From NCBI GenBank assembly GCA_963813815.1, contig CAWFAD010000005.1:1-64000 (forward strand): DNA of 64,000 bases. Direction: 5' to 3'. This DNA is from an uncultured bacterium. GTDB taxonomy: Bacteria; Krumholzibacteriota; Krumholzibacteriia; Krumholzibacteriales; Krumholzibacteriaceae. Positions 1 to 11,395 of the stretch are shown here, piece by piece (the stretch's first letter is position 1; the number at the start of each line of letters is the position of its first letter). The translations under genes and the position numbers were made by a program. Below the pieces are notes generated by a model. The model did no database searches. It saw only the letters and a list, made by a program, of their open reading frames with translations, and was not told the origin of the DNA.

Positions 1-23
1 TCTGTTAAAACCTCTCTCCTCCC

Positions 24-956
24 CTAGTGAACGGGCTGAAGCTCGCGCAGCAGATTCACCGCGAGCTCGTTCTCGGGATCGAGCTCGAGAACCATCTCGA
101 GATTCCGCATCGCTTCGTCGCGCGAGCCCTTTTCGTACAGGGCGAGCGCGAGATTGAGACGGGCCTTGAGATAGTCGGGATTGATCTTCAGCGCGAGCCC
201 GAACTCGATGATCGCGTCATCCGTCATTCCCTGATTCGCGTACGCGATGCCGAGGAGATTGTGTATATCGGGATAATGCGGGTTCACTGCGATCGATTTC
301 CTGAGTTCGCCGACGGCCGCGGCATAGTCGCCGTTCTGGATCGACTCGAGCGCGAGCTGCTTGCTGATCTGCGCGGAGCTCGGGCGCTCTTCGAGCAAAC
401 GCCGGAAGTGAACCGTCCGCTCTTCCGGCGAGGAGTCCGCGCGATGGAGACGGATGAGCTCGGTCACCTGTTCGGCCAAGAATCCGGGCACGCAGGCGAG
501 GCTCCTCTCGAGCTCCGCGATCGCGCGCGAATCGTTCCCTTCCTCGCTGTAGCTGCGGGCGAGCATGATGCGCGCCTTGAGGTAGCCGGGGTTGATGTCG
601 AGCGCCCGGTTGAAGCAATCGCGCGCGTCCTCGATGCGTTCGAGGGCGGTGTATTCGACGCCGAGACTCGAGTGAACGTCGGCGTACCGCGGTTGGACCG
701 AGACGGCCTTCTCGAGCGTGCGGGCCGCGTCCGTATGTTTGCCGTCGCTCGAAAGGCGCTTCGCGTGCTCGAGATATGACTCGACCATGTACATGCGTAC
801 CATTTCCTGGTCCTGGCTCTTGCCCTCCCCGCAGGCGCTCGCGAAATAGGCCTCGAATTCCTTGCAGGCCTTGCGGTAATCGCCGCTGTTGAAGCTGGTG
901 AGAGCCTTCTTGAGCGCGTTGCGCGGAACGAATCGGAAAAAGCGTTCGACAAACAT
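24..956 (-). CDS. Tetratricopeptide repeat protein
   Basis: 310-aa ORF with several TPR-like repeats (YADVHSSLG...ALDINPGY, YPDIHNLLG...ALKINPDY); GGGAG SD upstream. Confidence 0.85.
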   Translation of the reverse strand: MFVERFFRFVPRNALKKALTSFNSGDYRKACKEFEAYFASACGEGKSQDQEMVRMYMVESYLEHAKRLSSDGKHTDAARTLEKAVSVQPRYADVHSSLGVEYTALERIEDARDCFNRALDINPGYLKARIMLARSYSEEGNDSRAIAELERSLACVPGFLAEQVTELIRLHRADSSPEERTVHFRRLLEERPSSAQISKQLALESIQNGDYAAAVGELRKSIAVNPHYPDIHNLLGIAYANQGMTDDAIIEFGLALKINPDYLKARLNLALALYEKGSRDEAMRNLEMVLELDPENELAVNLLRELQPVH

Positions 957-1056
957 CGCTGCTCCCTATGTGTTGTGCTCGGTTTTCGGTGTCGCAAGCC
1001 GAAACGTCATTTCGGCCACAATATCAGGAGCAAGGAGCGCGCCAAGCGGCAAGGAT

Positions 1057-2435
1057 TCATCGCGTTCCATCGGGGCCGGAGGCGGCGGCGACCGGGGAAA
1101 GCAGCTTGCTCGCGCGCCGCACGGTGAGATACTCCCTCGAGGAATACGTCGGTTTCGCGATTATGACGAGGCTCAGCTTGCATTTTGCAAGCTCCTCCGC
1201 GTCCGGGCACGGAACCTCGATCCTGCGCTTGATGACCCCCGGCGGCAGGATGTAGTCGGGAAGGAGGGTGAATCGATCCTTTCCGCTCTCGTCGCGCAGG
1301 ACGAGCGAAATGTCGGCGTATTCGGTCAGCAGGAAGGATACTTCGACGGCGCAGCGCTTCGCGCCCGTGAAGAACGTCAGACGGTCCGCGCTGAAGCGCA
1401 ACACGTCGGTCCCGACCCAGAAGTACCGCGCGCCCGCGCGCTCGGACACGAAGATCTGCCCGAACCGGCGGCAGCAGGTTATGCCCCGCGGCTCGTCGAG
1501 CTTCGCCTCCCCCTTCCCGCCTCCGTAGGCCACGATATAGGAAAGGTACCGGCTGAACTTGTGGATCCTCCCCTGCTCCGGGTCGGTCACGTACATGCCC
1601 CCGTAGTAGTCGATCGCCACGTGGCCGAACGACCCGCGGCCCTCGAGCGTCGAGCGCCGCACGAGTCCGACCGTCTTGCCGTCCGGCGTGAGCTTCCAGA
1701 GCCGCTGTCCGAGACTGTCCGTGACCGCGATGAAATAATCGTTATAGTAGAACCACTCGTCGCCGGCGCTCACCACGGCGAGCGAGAGCGGCCCCGAGAG
1801 CTTCGCCCCTTCCATTCGGCGCCGAACGATTTGACGAAGGCTCCGTCGGGACGGAAGACCGCGATGCGGTCGTTCCCCGTATCCGCCACGAAGATCACAC
1901 CGCCGCCGATCGCCACCCCGAACGGTCCCCGCAGCGGCCTTTCGGCCGGGCCGCGGATCTCCTTGACCCAGACGAGCTCGTCGTCCATGCCGTATCGGAG
2001 ATGCGCGATGCGGTCGTTCCCCGTATCGGCCACATAGAGGTTTCCCGCCGCGTCGCCGGATAAGGCGAGCGGCCGCCGGAACCGCATATCCCCCGCGCCT
2101 TCCCCGCCGACGATGCCGATCGACGTGAGGCTCTTGTTGTAAATGATATCGTGGTTGCCGCTGTTGACGCCGTACACGGTGAGCTCGTCGTCGTCCCTCG
2201 GAACGTCGGGCTTATCCTCGCTCGCGAGCTTGACGCAGAAGAGCCCCTGCGGATCATTGAATTTCTCCCGGTATCCGGAATAGACGTCGAGATGAAACTG
2301 CGTCACCTTGTGGAGCCCGAGGCAATGAGTCCAGGGAGGCGCGACGAGGGTCGTGCCGGACTCTTCCGCCGGGCTTCCGAAGGGGAACGCGGCCATGATG
2401 ATCGCAAGCACCACCGGTGAGATATACGACTTCAT
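1057..2435 (-). pseudogene. Secreted NHL-repeat beta-propeller protein, split by a 1-nt frameshift near 1806-1809 (probably an assembly error)
   Basis: ORF from ATG 2435 (MKSYISPVVLAII..., signal peptide; YVADTGNDRI NHL repeats) switches to ORF 1057..1815 (YVTDPEQGRI) at a G4 run. One extra G gives the continuous sequence ...AEWKGAKLSGP... Confidence 0.75.
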
Positions 2436-4644
2436 CTCGCCGTCACCTGTTCCGTCGCGCCGATCGCGCGATACCTGCACATCGATTCGAGCACCTTGCC
2501 CACGTACGAGCGCGTCTCCCGGGGACCGATGAGCGCCATCGCAACCATCGGATCGCCGGAAGGATCGAACTGTTTCCTCCAGCGCGACATCCGGCCCTCT
2601 CCGCCGTTATACGCCGCGAGAGCGCCGACGAGGGATCCGTCGAAGCGTCCGAGGAGGTAGGCGAGGTACCACGCTCCGACCGCGACGTTGCAGGTCGGGT
2701 CGCGGAGATCGTTGCAGTGTTTCCCCTGCCATCCCTGTCTGCGGGCCATCCACCGCGCCGTCGAGGGCATGAGCTGCATGAGGCCGATCGCCCCCACGCG
2801 CGATACCGCGCCGGGATCAAAGGCACTTTCTTCGCGCATCACCGCGAGCACGAGCTCCGGAGGAATTCCCGCCGTCCCGGCAGCCGCTATGGCGCCCGAA
2901 AAGGCGACCGGGTAACGCAGCCCCTCGGCGGGGTCTCCGCCGACGCCGTTCCCGGCCGACGGGCCGAGGAGCCTCATCGCGAGACCGTGAAAGCCGCGGA
3001 TTCTCGCGTCCCGGTACAGATCCATGGTCCCCGCTGCTGCGCCGCCGCCCCTTATCAGCGCGGAGGCGCAATCCGACGCCTCCCCGGCGAGGCCGCAATC
3101 GAGGAAATATCGGTAGGCGGCGTACGCCTCGCTCGCGCCGAGAGCGCTGTCCGTCCCGAAGCAAGCGGCTAGGGAATCGACGTACCGCCGGTCCGAGGCC
3201 GCCATGCGATCGATGCGGTCTTCAGGCTTCCGCCGCGCATCCGCGAGAAGCGAGTCGAGGTGCCCGCGGGCCGCGAACGCGTACGGGGAACGCGGATGAT
3301 CGCCGCGAGCGCCGCGAGGATCCGTTCCTTCGCCGCGCCCTCTGGCGCCGCCCTCCAGAGCCAATAGAGTATCGACGGCGAGGAGCGCCGTCCCGCGTCC
3401 TCGTATCTCGCTCCGGGCGGCTGACCGGGCGACACGCGCGCGTCGATGACCCGAAACGCCTCCTCTTCGCGTCCGAGGACGCAGCCGAGGGCGGCCGCGG
3501 CCCCAACATCGTCGGCGTTCGGAGGCGTGGATTCCGCCCGCTCCCGGGCGAGGATCCCGCAGAGAGCCGCAAACGCGCGATCGAGACGGCCGAGCGATAT
3601 GTCGATACGGGCGCCGAAGGGAAGAAGCCCCGTGTCGCCGAACCGATCGGCGTGCTCGCGGCACAGATCAACCGCCCGCTCGCGATGCCCGAGGTCGTAC
3701 TCCAGATAGACGATTCTTCGGTGCGCCTCTTTCTTCGTTTCATGCGACGCGCCAGACTCGAGGATTTGATAGCAGATCGCCTCCGCGTCCCGAGCCCGCC
3801 CTTCCTTCCCCAGAAGACCCGCCTTGAGAAGCAGCGCCCTCCCGTCGTCCGCGTTTCGATCGAGGAGATGCTCGACGATCCGCCGGGCGGCCCCGTGCAG
3901 ACCCGCCGAGAGCGCGTTCGACGCGGTCTCCAGCAGATCGTCGGGCGTCATGTCCCGCAGATACCGCTCGCCGAAATCCAGCGCCTCTTCGAGAACGTCC
4001 CTGTCCTCAGGCGCCCAATACCCCCGTAACGCGCCCCTGATTTCAGCGGCGCCTATGGAATCGTTTCCCGCGCGCAGGAGCGCCCGGCCGAGGGAATAGC
4101 GCGCCCTGCCGGAAAGCGTCGACGCATCCGGCGGAAGCCCCTCGACGGCGAGCAGGCTGTCGCATTTCGCGAGTATCGCGGCCTCCATTTCCCGCACGCG
4201 GACGTGGAACCGGCTGGATCGTTCGCGCGCGGTTCCCGGTTGATACGGAATCGCCCGGAGCGCCGAGAGCGCCTCGGAGAGGCGTCCCGCGCCGAGAAAG
4301 GCGCGCGCCGCATGATAGAGACGGAAACGCTCGAGATACGGATTGGGCGAGGGCCGTCGAAGGAGCTCGCCGGCCTCTTCGTACCTCTCCGCCAGCGAGG
4401 CGATGATCCCCTTCCGCAGCGAATCGGCGTCCGGTTTGAGCGCGGCGAACGCCTCCTCGTACCGAAGGGCCGCGGTCAACCGAGCGGCGGCGTCGAGGGA
4501 ACCTTCCCGCGATTCCCCGATGCTCACGGCGGCCGCCACCATCCCGGGCGTCTGTATCGGAAGCCCGCTCGCCGAGGCGGCGGCGCCCAGGGCGAGATGC
4601 ACGGCGAGAGCAGCGAACGGTCGATGAATATTCCAGCGAGTCAC
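2432..4644 (-). pseudogene. slt: Slt-family lytic murein transglycosylase with N-terminal helical/TPR-like region, frameshifted near 3300
   Basis: The C-terminal frame has Slt motifs (AVMREESAF, GAIGLMQLMP, ALAAYNGG, ETRSYV). The N-terminal frame (GTG 4644, signal-like) joins it at ...ILAALA/DHPRSPY with one base missing. Confidence 0.75.
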
Positions 4645-4741
4645 AGCGCGGCGATCCTTCCCTCTTCCCCGGCAACGCCGGGGCATCCTCTCATGAGGGG
4701 CAAGTTGAATGCCAGAAGAGGAAGGAATCGCCTCGCGGGCC

Positions 4742-6292
4742 CTACTCCCACTCGATCGTGCTCGGTGGTTTCGAGCTGATGTCGTACACGACGCGGTTCA
4801 CGCCGTGCACCTTGTTGATGATCTCCGTCGACACCTGCTGCAGAAACTCGTAGGGCAGTCGCGCCCAGTCCGCGGTCATGCCGTCGAGGCTCGTCACGGC
4901 GCGGAGCGCCGCCGCGCGCTGATACGTTCTCTCGTCCCCCATGACCCCGACGCTCCGCACCGGCAGGAGCACCGCAAAGGCCTGCCAGACGCTGTCGTAG
5001 AGCCCCTCGCGCAGCAGGGCATCTATGAAGATCCGGTCGACGCGCCGAAGGAGTTCGAGATCCTCGCGCGTCACCGCCCCGGGTATGCGCACGGCGAGCC
5101 CGGGACCCGGGAACGGGTGCCGCTTTACCGAGCGGTCGGGAAGCCCGAGGTATCTCCCGACCTCACGCACCTCGTCCTTGAAGAGAAGATCGAGCGGCTC
5201 GATGAGCTTGAATTTGAGATTTTCGGGAAGGCCGCCGACGTTGTGGTGGGACTTGATCGTCGCCGAGGGGCCGACCGTTGAGCGGCTCTCGATCACGTCG
5301 GGATAGAGCGTGCCCTGAGCCAGAAACTCGAAGGGGCCGAGGCGCCTGCTCTGCTCCTCGAAGACGTCGATGAAGCTCGCGCCGATGATTTTTCGCTTCT
5401 TCTCCGCGTCGGTCACTCCCTCGAGCCGGCCGACGAAGGTATCCGACGCGTCCACGAACACGAGCTCGGCCGTGAGATGCTGCGAAAGGAGCTCTTGCAC
5501 CTCCTCCACCTCGTGCAACCTGAGCAGCCCGTTATCGACGAAAACCGGGACGAGCTGTTTTCCGATCGCCCGGTCGACGAGACAAGCCATGACGCTCGAG
5601 TCCACCCCGCCGCTCACCGCGCAGAGAACGCGCGCGTCCCCGACGCGCTCGCGGATCTTCGACACCTCGCGGTCCACGAAGGAACCCGAATTCCAGTTCG
5701 GCGTGCAGCGGCAGACGCGGAACAGGAAGTTGTGAATAATCTCGGCGCCGTAGGCGGTGTGATACACCTCGGGGTGAAACTGCAACGCATAGAGGCGGCG
5801 GGAACGATTCTCCATCGCCGCCAGCACGCCGCCGACCGTGGTCGCCGCCACGGCGAATCCCTCGGGGAGCCGCAGGGCCCGGTCGCCATGGCTCATCCAA
5901 ACGCGCTGCTCGGACGGAGTCTCATGAAACAGCTCGCTCTCCCCCTCGACGCCGATGACCGTGTGGCCGTACTCCCTGCGATCGGCCTTCTCGACTTCGC
6001 CACCGCCCGCGACCGTCATGAGGTGCAGCCCGTAACAGATGCCGAGGACGGGGACCCCCAGGGAGAGAACGCCCGGATCGAGCGTGGGGGCGCCCGCGTC
6101 GCTAACGCTCGCCGGACCGCCGGAGAGGACGACGCCCACGGGCCGCGCGGCCCGCACTTCGGCGAGCGAGGCCTTCGGCGAGAGGATCACGGAAAACACC
6201 TTTTGCTCCCTGATCCTCCGCGCTATGAGCTGCGTGTATTGCGATCCGAAATCGAGAATGACGATCGACTCGCCGTTCCAGTTCTCCATCAT
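4742..6292 (-). CDS. guaA: GMP synthase (glutamine-hydrolysing)
   Basis: ILDFGSQY, GICYG, QFHPE, SGGVDS, TIKSHHNVGGLP, RHPFPGPGL and KPPSTIEWE motifs. Confidence 0.98.
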   Translation of the reverse strand: MMENWNGESIVILDFGSQYTQLIARRIREQKVFSVILSPKASLAEVRAARPVGVVLSGGPASVSDAGAPTLDPGVLSLGVPVLGICYGLHLMTVAGGGEVEKADRREYGHTVIGVEGESELFHETPSEQRVWMSHGDRALRLPEGFAVAATTVGGVLAAMENRSRRLYALQFHPEVYHTAYGAEIIHNFLFRVCRCTPNWNSGSFVDREVSKIRERVGDARVLCAVSGGVDSSVMACLVDRAIGKQLVPVFVDNGLLRLHEVEEVQELLSQHLTAELVFVDASDTFVGRLEGVTDAEKKRKIIGASFIDVFEEQSRRLGPFEFLAQGTLYPDVIESRSTVGPSATIKSHHNVGGLPENLKFKLIEPLDLLFKDEVREVGRYLGLPDRSVKRHPFPGPGLAVRIPGAVTREDLELLRRVDRIFIDALLREGLYDSVWQAFAVLLPVRSVGVMGDERTYQRAAALRAVTSLDGMTADWARLPYEFLQQVSTEIINKVHGVNRVVYDISSKPPSTIEWE

Positions 6293-6300
6293 CCCCGCTC

Positions 6301-7863
6301 CTAGTGTCTGAAATGCCGCCGTCCCGTGAGCATCATGGCCATGCCGAGCCGTTCTGCGGCGGCGATGACCTCCGCATCCCTGATCGATCCTCCCGGCTGC
6401 GCGATCGCCGTCACGCCCGCCGCGGCGAGCACCTCCACGCCGTCGGGGAACGGAAAGAACGCGTCGCTCCCCGCCGCGGTGCCCTCGAGCGCGAGCCCGG
6501 CGCGGCGCGCCTTGTCGACGGCGATGCGGCAGGAATCGACGCGGCTCATCTGCCCGGCGCCGACCCCGATCGTCCCGGTGCCGTTGCAGATGACGATCGC
6601 GTTCGACTTGACGTGCTTCGCGATGCGCCAGGCGATATCGAGCTCCCGCTCCTCCTCGCTCGTGGGGCGCCTCGAGGTCGCGACGCTCCACGAGGAGAGC
6701 TCGGGAAATCCCTCGTCGCGGTCCTGCAGCAACAGGAGATTGCCGATCTCCCGCGCGACGAAGCTCCGGTCCTCATCGTCCCAATCCGCGTCCGGAACGG
6801 ACACGAGCCGCAGATTCTTGCGCTTCGCGAGAATCTCGAGGGCATCGGGTTCGAACGCGCGCGCCACCACGACTTCGAGAAAAATGTCCGAGCAGGCCTC
6901 CGCGAAAGCGCGGTCGGCGGCGTCGTTCACCGCAACCACGCTCCCGAAGGCGGAGGTCTCGTCGGTGATCCGCGCGCGACGGAAGCTGTCCGCCGCGGTC
7001 GCGCACGCCGCCGCCCCGCACGGGTTCATGTGCTTGATGACGGCGCAGGAATGGCGTCCGAGATCCCGCGCGAGGAGAAACGCCGCGTGAAGGTCCTGCA
7101 GGTTGTTGTACGAGAGTTCCTTCCCCTGCACCTGCTCCAGTCCCGCAAGCCCCGCGGTCGCCCCGTCGAGCGCGTAGAGCGCGCCCCGAAGATGGGGATT
7201 CTCCCCGTAGCGAAGCGTCTGAATCCTCCGGTAGGCCGCCACGCGGCGTTCGGGAAGCTCGTCCGGCGCAACGGTGCGTTCGAACCAGCGCGATATCGAC
7301 GCGTCGTAGGCGGCGGTGTGGAAGAACGCCTTGGCGGCGAGCCGGCGGCGCATTTCGAGCGGGATGACGCCCTCGTGCTCGTCCATCACACGCAGGATCG
7401 CCGGGTAATCCGCGGGATCGACGACGACGGCGGCCGAGTGGTAGTTCTTCGCGGCCGCCCGTATGAGCGCGGGGCCGCCGATGTCGATCTCCTCGACGAT
7501 CTCCCGCTCGGTGAGCGCCTGGTTCGCGGCCGCCCGGCCGAAGCGATAGAGGTTCACGACGACGAGATCGATGAGCCGTATGCCGTGCTGCTCGGCCTGT
7601 TCGAGATGGCTCTTCTTGTCCCGGTCGGCGAGAATACCGCCATGAATCTTCGGATGCAACGTTTTCACCCGTCCGTCCATGATCTCCGGAAATCCCGTCA
7701 CGTCGGTGATTTCGCGCACGGCGACGCCCGCGGCCGTTATCGAGCGGGCCGTCCCTCCCGACGCCACGATCTCGACTCCCCTGCGCGACAGCTCACGCAC
7801 GAACGAGTCGAGACCGCCCTTGTCCGTGACGCTCACGAGGGCGCGCTTGATTGCTGCCTTCAT
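6301..7863 (-). CDS. purH: Bifunctional AICAR transformylase/IMP cyclohydrolase
   Basis: RALVSVTDK, GRVKTLHP, IDIGGP, LRYGENPH, GAGQMSRVD, QPGGSIRD and RHFRH motifs. Confidence 0.98.
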   Translation of the reverse strand: MKAAIKRALVSVTDKGGLDSFVRELSRRGVEIVASGGTARSITAAGVAVREITDVTGFPEIMDGRVKTLHPKIHGGILADRDKKSHLEQAEQHGIRLIDLVVVNLYRFGRAAANQALTEREIVEEIDIGGPALIRAAAKNYHSAAVVVDPADYPAILRVMDEHEGVIPLEMRRRLAAKAFFHTAAYDASISRWFERTVAPDELPERRVAAYRRIQTLRYGENPHLRGALYALDGATAGLAGLEQVQGKELSYNNLQDLHAAFLLARDLGRHSCAVIKHMNPCGAAACATAADSFRRARITDETSAFGSVVAVNDAADRAFAEACSDIFLEVVVARAFEPDALEILAKRKNLRLVSVPDADWDDEDRSFVAREIGNLLLLQDRDEGFPELSSWSVATSRRPTSEEERELDIAWRIAKHVKSNAIVICNGTGTIGVGAGQMSRVDSCRIAVDKARRAGLALEGTAAGSDAFFPFPDGVEVLAAAGVTAIAQPGGSIRDAEVIAAAERLGMAMMLTGRRHFRH

Positions 7864-8768
7864 CACAGATACCTTTCGATGTGAATGTCCGGAAACAGGA
7901 GAGCGAGCGCCATGCGATAGCGCTCGGACGTCTTCGCGACGACCTCCTCGGGCAGCGCCGGCGCGGGAGGCGAGTGGTCCCAACCGGCGCCGTCGAGGTA
8001 ATCTCGCACGAACTGCTTGTCGAGGCTCGGCGGAGATATTCCCGGGCGATACTCCGAGGCGAGCCAGAAGCGCGACGAATCGGGGGTGAGCACCTCGTCG
8101 ATGAGCGATACCCGGCCGTCGATGACGCCGAATTCGAACTTCGTATCGGCGATGATGATGCCGCGCCGGGCCGCGTACTCCCGGGCCCGCCCGTAGATCG
8201 CGAGGCTCAGCCGCTGCGCCTCGCGCACGACCTCCGCGCCGGCGATCCTTTCCGCCTCCTCGACCGTGATGTTCACGTCGTGTCCCGAATCCGCCTTCGT
8301 CGAAGGAGTGAAAATCGGCTCGTCGAGCCGCTCGGATTGCACGAGCCCGGGCGGCAGGAGGATGCCGCACACCGATCCGTCGTTTCGGTACTCCTTCCAG
8401 CCCGATCCCGCCAGGTAGCCACGCACGACGCATTCGAGATCGATCCGCTTCGCCTTCCGGACCAGCATGGAACGCCCCCCGAGCTCGCGCGCGAAGGCGT
8501 TGAACGGAGCGGGGTACTCGGAAGGCTCGGTGTTGATGATATGATGCGGCACATCGGCGAGCCATCTCGTCCAGGCCGCGGAGAGCGTGGATAGAACGAT
8601 CCCCTTCCCGGGCACCGGGGTCGGCAGAATCGCGTCGTACGCGGATATGCGGTCCGACGCGACGACGATGAGCCGGTCCCCGAGATCGTAGACGTCGCGC
8701 ACCTTTCCCCTGAATGCGGGATCGATGCCGGGGAGCGATCCCCCGCCGCGTTCCTTCTCACTGGCCAT
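7863..8768 (-). CDS. purC: SAICAR synthetase
   Basis: GKVRDVY, SDRISAYD, ECVVRGYLAGS, DTKFEFG, TPDSSRFW and SLDKQFVRD motifs. Confidence 0.97.
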   Translation of the reverse strand: MASEKERGGGSLPGIDPAFRGKVRDVYDLGDRLIVVASDRISAYDAILPTPVPGKGIVLSTLSAAWTRWLADVPHHIINTEPSEYPAPFNAFARELGGRSMLVRKAKRIDLECVVRGYLAGSGWKEYRNDGSVCGILLPPGLVQSERLDEPIFTPSTKADSGHDVNITVEEAERIAGAEVVREAQRLSLAIYGRAREYAARRGIIIADTKFEFGVIDGRVSLIDEVLTPDSSRFWLASEYRPGISPPSLDKQFVRDYLDGAGWDHSPPAPALPEEVVAKTSERYRMALALLFPDIHIERYL

Positions 8769-9384
8769 CACGGATAAAGACCTTCCTTCCCTCGACGCGC
8801 ACCCGGCCTTCGGCGATGAGCCGCACCGCCTCCGGGTAGGCGACGTGCTCCTCCGCGAGAATGCGCTCGCTCAGGCTCTCGACCGTGTCCCGCGGCGATA
8901 CGGGAACGACCCTCTGGACGAGGATGGGGCCCGTATCGACCCCCTCGTCGACGAAATGCACCGTGCAGCCCGCGTACCGCACGCCGTACTCGAGCGCCTG
9001 CCGCTGTCCGTCGAGCCCCTTGAAGCTCGGTAAAAGCGCCGGGTGTATGTTGATCATCCTTCCGCGGTACTCCTGCATGAGATCGCCCTTCACGATTCTC
9101 ATGAAGCCGGCGAGACAGACGAGACCGACGCCGCGCTCGCGGCAGAGCCGGCCCATCTCGGCGCTCGATTCGGGGCTCATCGAGCCCTTCTTCGGACCGC
9201 AGTCGACGACTCGCCGCTCGATGCCGAACGAATCGGCGATCGCGAGAGCCCCCGCCCCCTCGTTGTCCGAAAGGAGGAGAGCGATGCGCGCGGGAAACGA
9301 CTCTCCGCGGCAGGCCTCCGCGAGCGCCGCGAAGTTGCTCCCCCGCCCCGACGCGATGACCGCTATGTTCAGCGCATCCCTCAT
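8758..9384 (-). CDS. purN: Phosphoribosylglycinamide formyltransferase
   Basis: SGRGSN, LAGFMRI, NIHPALLP and GCTVHFVDEGVDTGP motifs. Confidence 0.97.
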   Translation of the reverse strand: MRDALNIAVIASGRGSNFAALAEACRGESFPARIALLLSDNEGAGALAIADSFGIERRVVDCGPKKGSMSPESSAEMGRLCRERGVGLVCLAGFMRIVKGDLMQEYRGRMINIHPALLPSFKGLDGQRQALEYGVRYAGCTVHFVDEGVDTGPILVQRVVPVSPRDTVESLSERILAEEHVAYPEAVRLIAEGRVRVEGRKVFIRDGQ

Positions 9385-9448
9385 GTCCGTTTTTCACGCC
9401 CCGATGAACGACGACCCGGCGCCGGAAGCTCCGGTCACCGGATGGAAT

Positions 9449-9481
9449 ATTATAGTATGGGCGCCCGGCACGCCAAGTCAA
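9449..9481 (-). promoter_or_regulatory. Putative sigma70 promoter of the pur/gua operon
   Basis: TTGACT-N16-CATACT with an overlapping TATAAT in an AT-rich patch, about 65 nt upstream of purN. Confidence 0.55.
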
Positions 9482-9508
9482 GCAATGTGATGGCCGTCTC
9501 CGTCCCGC

Positions 9509-11350
9509 TCATCGCGCGCTCCCCGGAGCGGGCCGATCGGGATCGATTCGGCCCCCCTCGGCCTGACCCGGGAAACGCGGCTCAACGATGGCGCAGCGAA
9601 GCGCCGATTCCCCGGCCGGGATAGCCTCTCCCGGCGGCGGCGGCTCCGGCGCCATGACGGTTACGACGAGGCCGCGCGAGGCGAGCCTCGATTCTCCGGC
9701 CGCTATCATGATCGACATCCCGCGCTCGCCGAGCGTCGAGAGCCGCCCGCGATCCCGAACGGCCAGGCACGCTCCACAGACGATCTTCTCGAGCTCGATG
9801 CGGCGGGCGAGTTCGAGCACGCCGTGGCGCTTCGGCAGGGACTGCGGCACGAGGACGCACCACGCGACCTTCCTCGCGCCGTTCTTCCAGATCTCGCGTG
9901 CGAGACGCCCGGCCTCCGACGCGCCGAAGGTTTTGCCGAGAAAAACCACTCCACCGCCGGATCCGCAGTACACGTACCCCCTCCCGGCGATGAGCGAAGG
10001 CCCGTCGCCGCCGCTGGACCCCGCGCATCGCGAGGACCCGGGCGCGACGCCGATCAAGGCCGGAATACCGAACGAGAGGGCGACGCACGCTCCGGCGGCC
10101 ATCAGCATGGGCCCCCTCCGTTTTCTCGACTTCGCGAGCGCCACCGCCGCCACCGCCACACCGCAACCGTACACGAACGGAATGCCGTCGCCCGCGATGA
10201 CGGCCGGATGCCGTCCCTGCGCGAGGGCGGAGGGCGCCTCGTCGAGAAAGCGACACAGGATCTCTATCATCGGCGCGAGCACCGAGCGAAGAGGAGCCAC
10301 CGGCGCGAACACGTACGCCGCCCCGGCGTAGATCAGCGCCGTGAACGGGAGCGACACCATCACGTTCGCGACCGGCGAAACGACCGGCGCGCGGCCGAAG
10401 AGCGAGACCACGAGCGGCAGCGTGGCGAACTGCACCGCGCATGTTATGACCGCGGGGTACGCGGCGAGACGCGCCCCCGCGCCCGCCGCCCCGCGCGGAA
10501 GGCGCGCATCGATCATCCCGATGACGGGAAGCGCGATGAGCGCGATCGCCATAACAGCCGCGAAGGAGAGCTGGAATCCCGCATCGAGAATCACGTTTTC
10601 GTCGAAGGCCGCGACGAGGAACCCTCCGGCGATGAGCGAGCCCGCGAGATCCACGTGAAAGCCGGCGAAGCGATATGCCATGACGGCGGCGCTCAGCGCG
10701 AGCGCGCGGACGAGGGAAGAGGGAAAGCACGCTATCGACGAGTAGATCGCGAGCAGCCCGAGAAGCGCCGCGTCCCGCGCGGCCCGGCGGCGAATGAGGA
10801 GCGATAGGAGCTTCGCGAGAGGAACGGCGATGACGCCGAGATGCAGGCCGCTCAGCGCGAGAAAATGCGATATACCGAGATACGAATACCGGTCCCGCAG
10901 GGCCGGGGGAAGACCGCGGCGGTCGCCAAGAACGAGCGCCGCCACGAATCCCCTTCCGCGCCGCGAGAGCCGGCCGTCATCGAGGCGGGAAACGAGGCTG
11001 GATCTCGCGCCCTCCATCGAAAAGGCCGCGATGCCTCCCCCGGCCCCCTCCGGCCCCGCCCCGGGCGCCGTTTCGCGCGCCGCGTGCGCGAACCCGCCTG
11101 CCTGCCACAGAACGAGGGCGCAGGCGGCGAGGACGGCCCATCGCGCGCACGCCCTTCCCGGCGCGCCGCCGGCCGCGGCCCCTCCGCCCATCCGAGCGCC
11201 CCGCCCGGCGACGACCGCGCCGGCGGCGGCGGCGACCGCCGCCGCAATGGCGACGAGCGCCGTTTCTCCCGTCCCCGGCGGGTACGCCAAGCCGCAAACA
11301 AAAAACGCAGCCCACCACCTCATCATCATCCGCCTCCCGCGCCGCGTCAT
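9509..11350 (-). CDS. comEC: ComEC/Rec2-family competence membrane protein
   Basis: ALVLGDR, GISHFLALSGLH and GFQLSFAAV competence-domain motifs with multiple TM segments; start codon uncertain. Confidence 0.8.
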   Translation of the reverse strand: MTRRGRRMMMRWWAAFFVCGLAYPPGTGETALVAIAAAVAAAAGAVVAGRGARMGGGAAAGGAPGRACARWAVLAACALVLWQAGGFAHAARETAPGAGPEGAGGGIAAFSMEGARSSLVSRLDDGRLSRRGRGFVAALVLGDRRGLPPALRDRYSYLGISHFLALSGLHLGVIAVPLAKLLSLLIRRRAARDAALLGLLAIYSSIACFPSSLVRALALSAAVMAYRFAGFHVDLAGSLIAGGFLVAAFDENVILDAGFQLSFAAVMAIALIALPVIGMIDARLPRGAAGAGARLAAYPAVITCAVQFATLPLVVSLFGRAPVVSPVANVMVSLPFTALIYAGAAYVFAPVAPLRSVLAPMIEILCRFLDEAPSALAQGRHPAVIAGDGIPFVYGCGVAVAAVALAKSRKRRGPMLMAAGACVALSFGIPALIGVAPGSSRCAGSSGGDGPSLIAGRGYVYCGSGGGVVFLGKTFGASEAGRLAREIWKNGARKVAWCVLVPQSLPKRHGVLELARRIELEKIVCGACLAVRDRGRLSTLGERGMSIMIAAGESRLASRGLVVTVMAPEPPPPGEAIPAGESALRCAIVEPRFPGQAEGGRIDPDRPAPGSAR

Positions 11351-11395
11351 CCATCGCGCGGAAGAGACGCCAGCGGCGCCTCCCCGCGATCATCC

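Noticed and set aside
9385..9448. Purine or ZTP riboswitch ahead of purN
   Set aside because: The leader is only about 60 nt with one small palindrome (TCCGGT-C-ACCGGA) and no riboswitch consensus.
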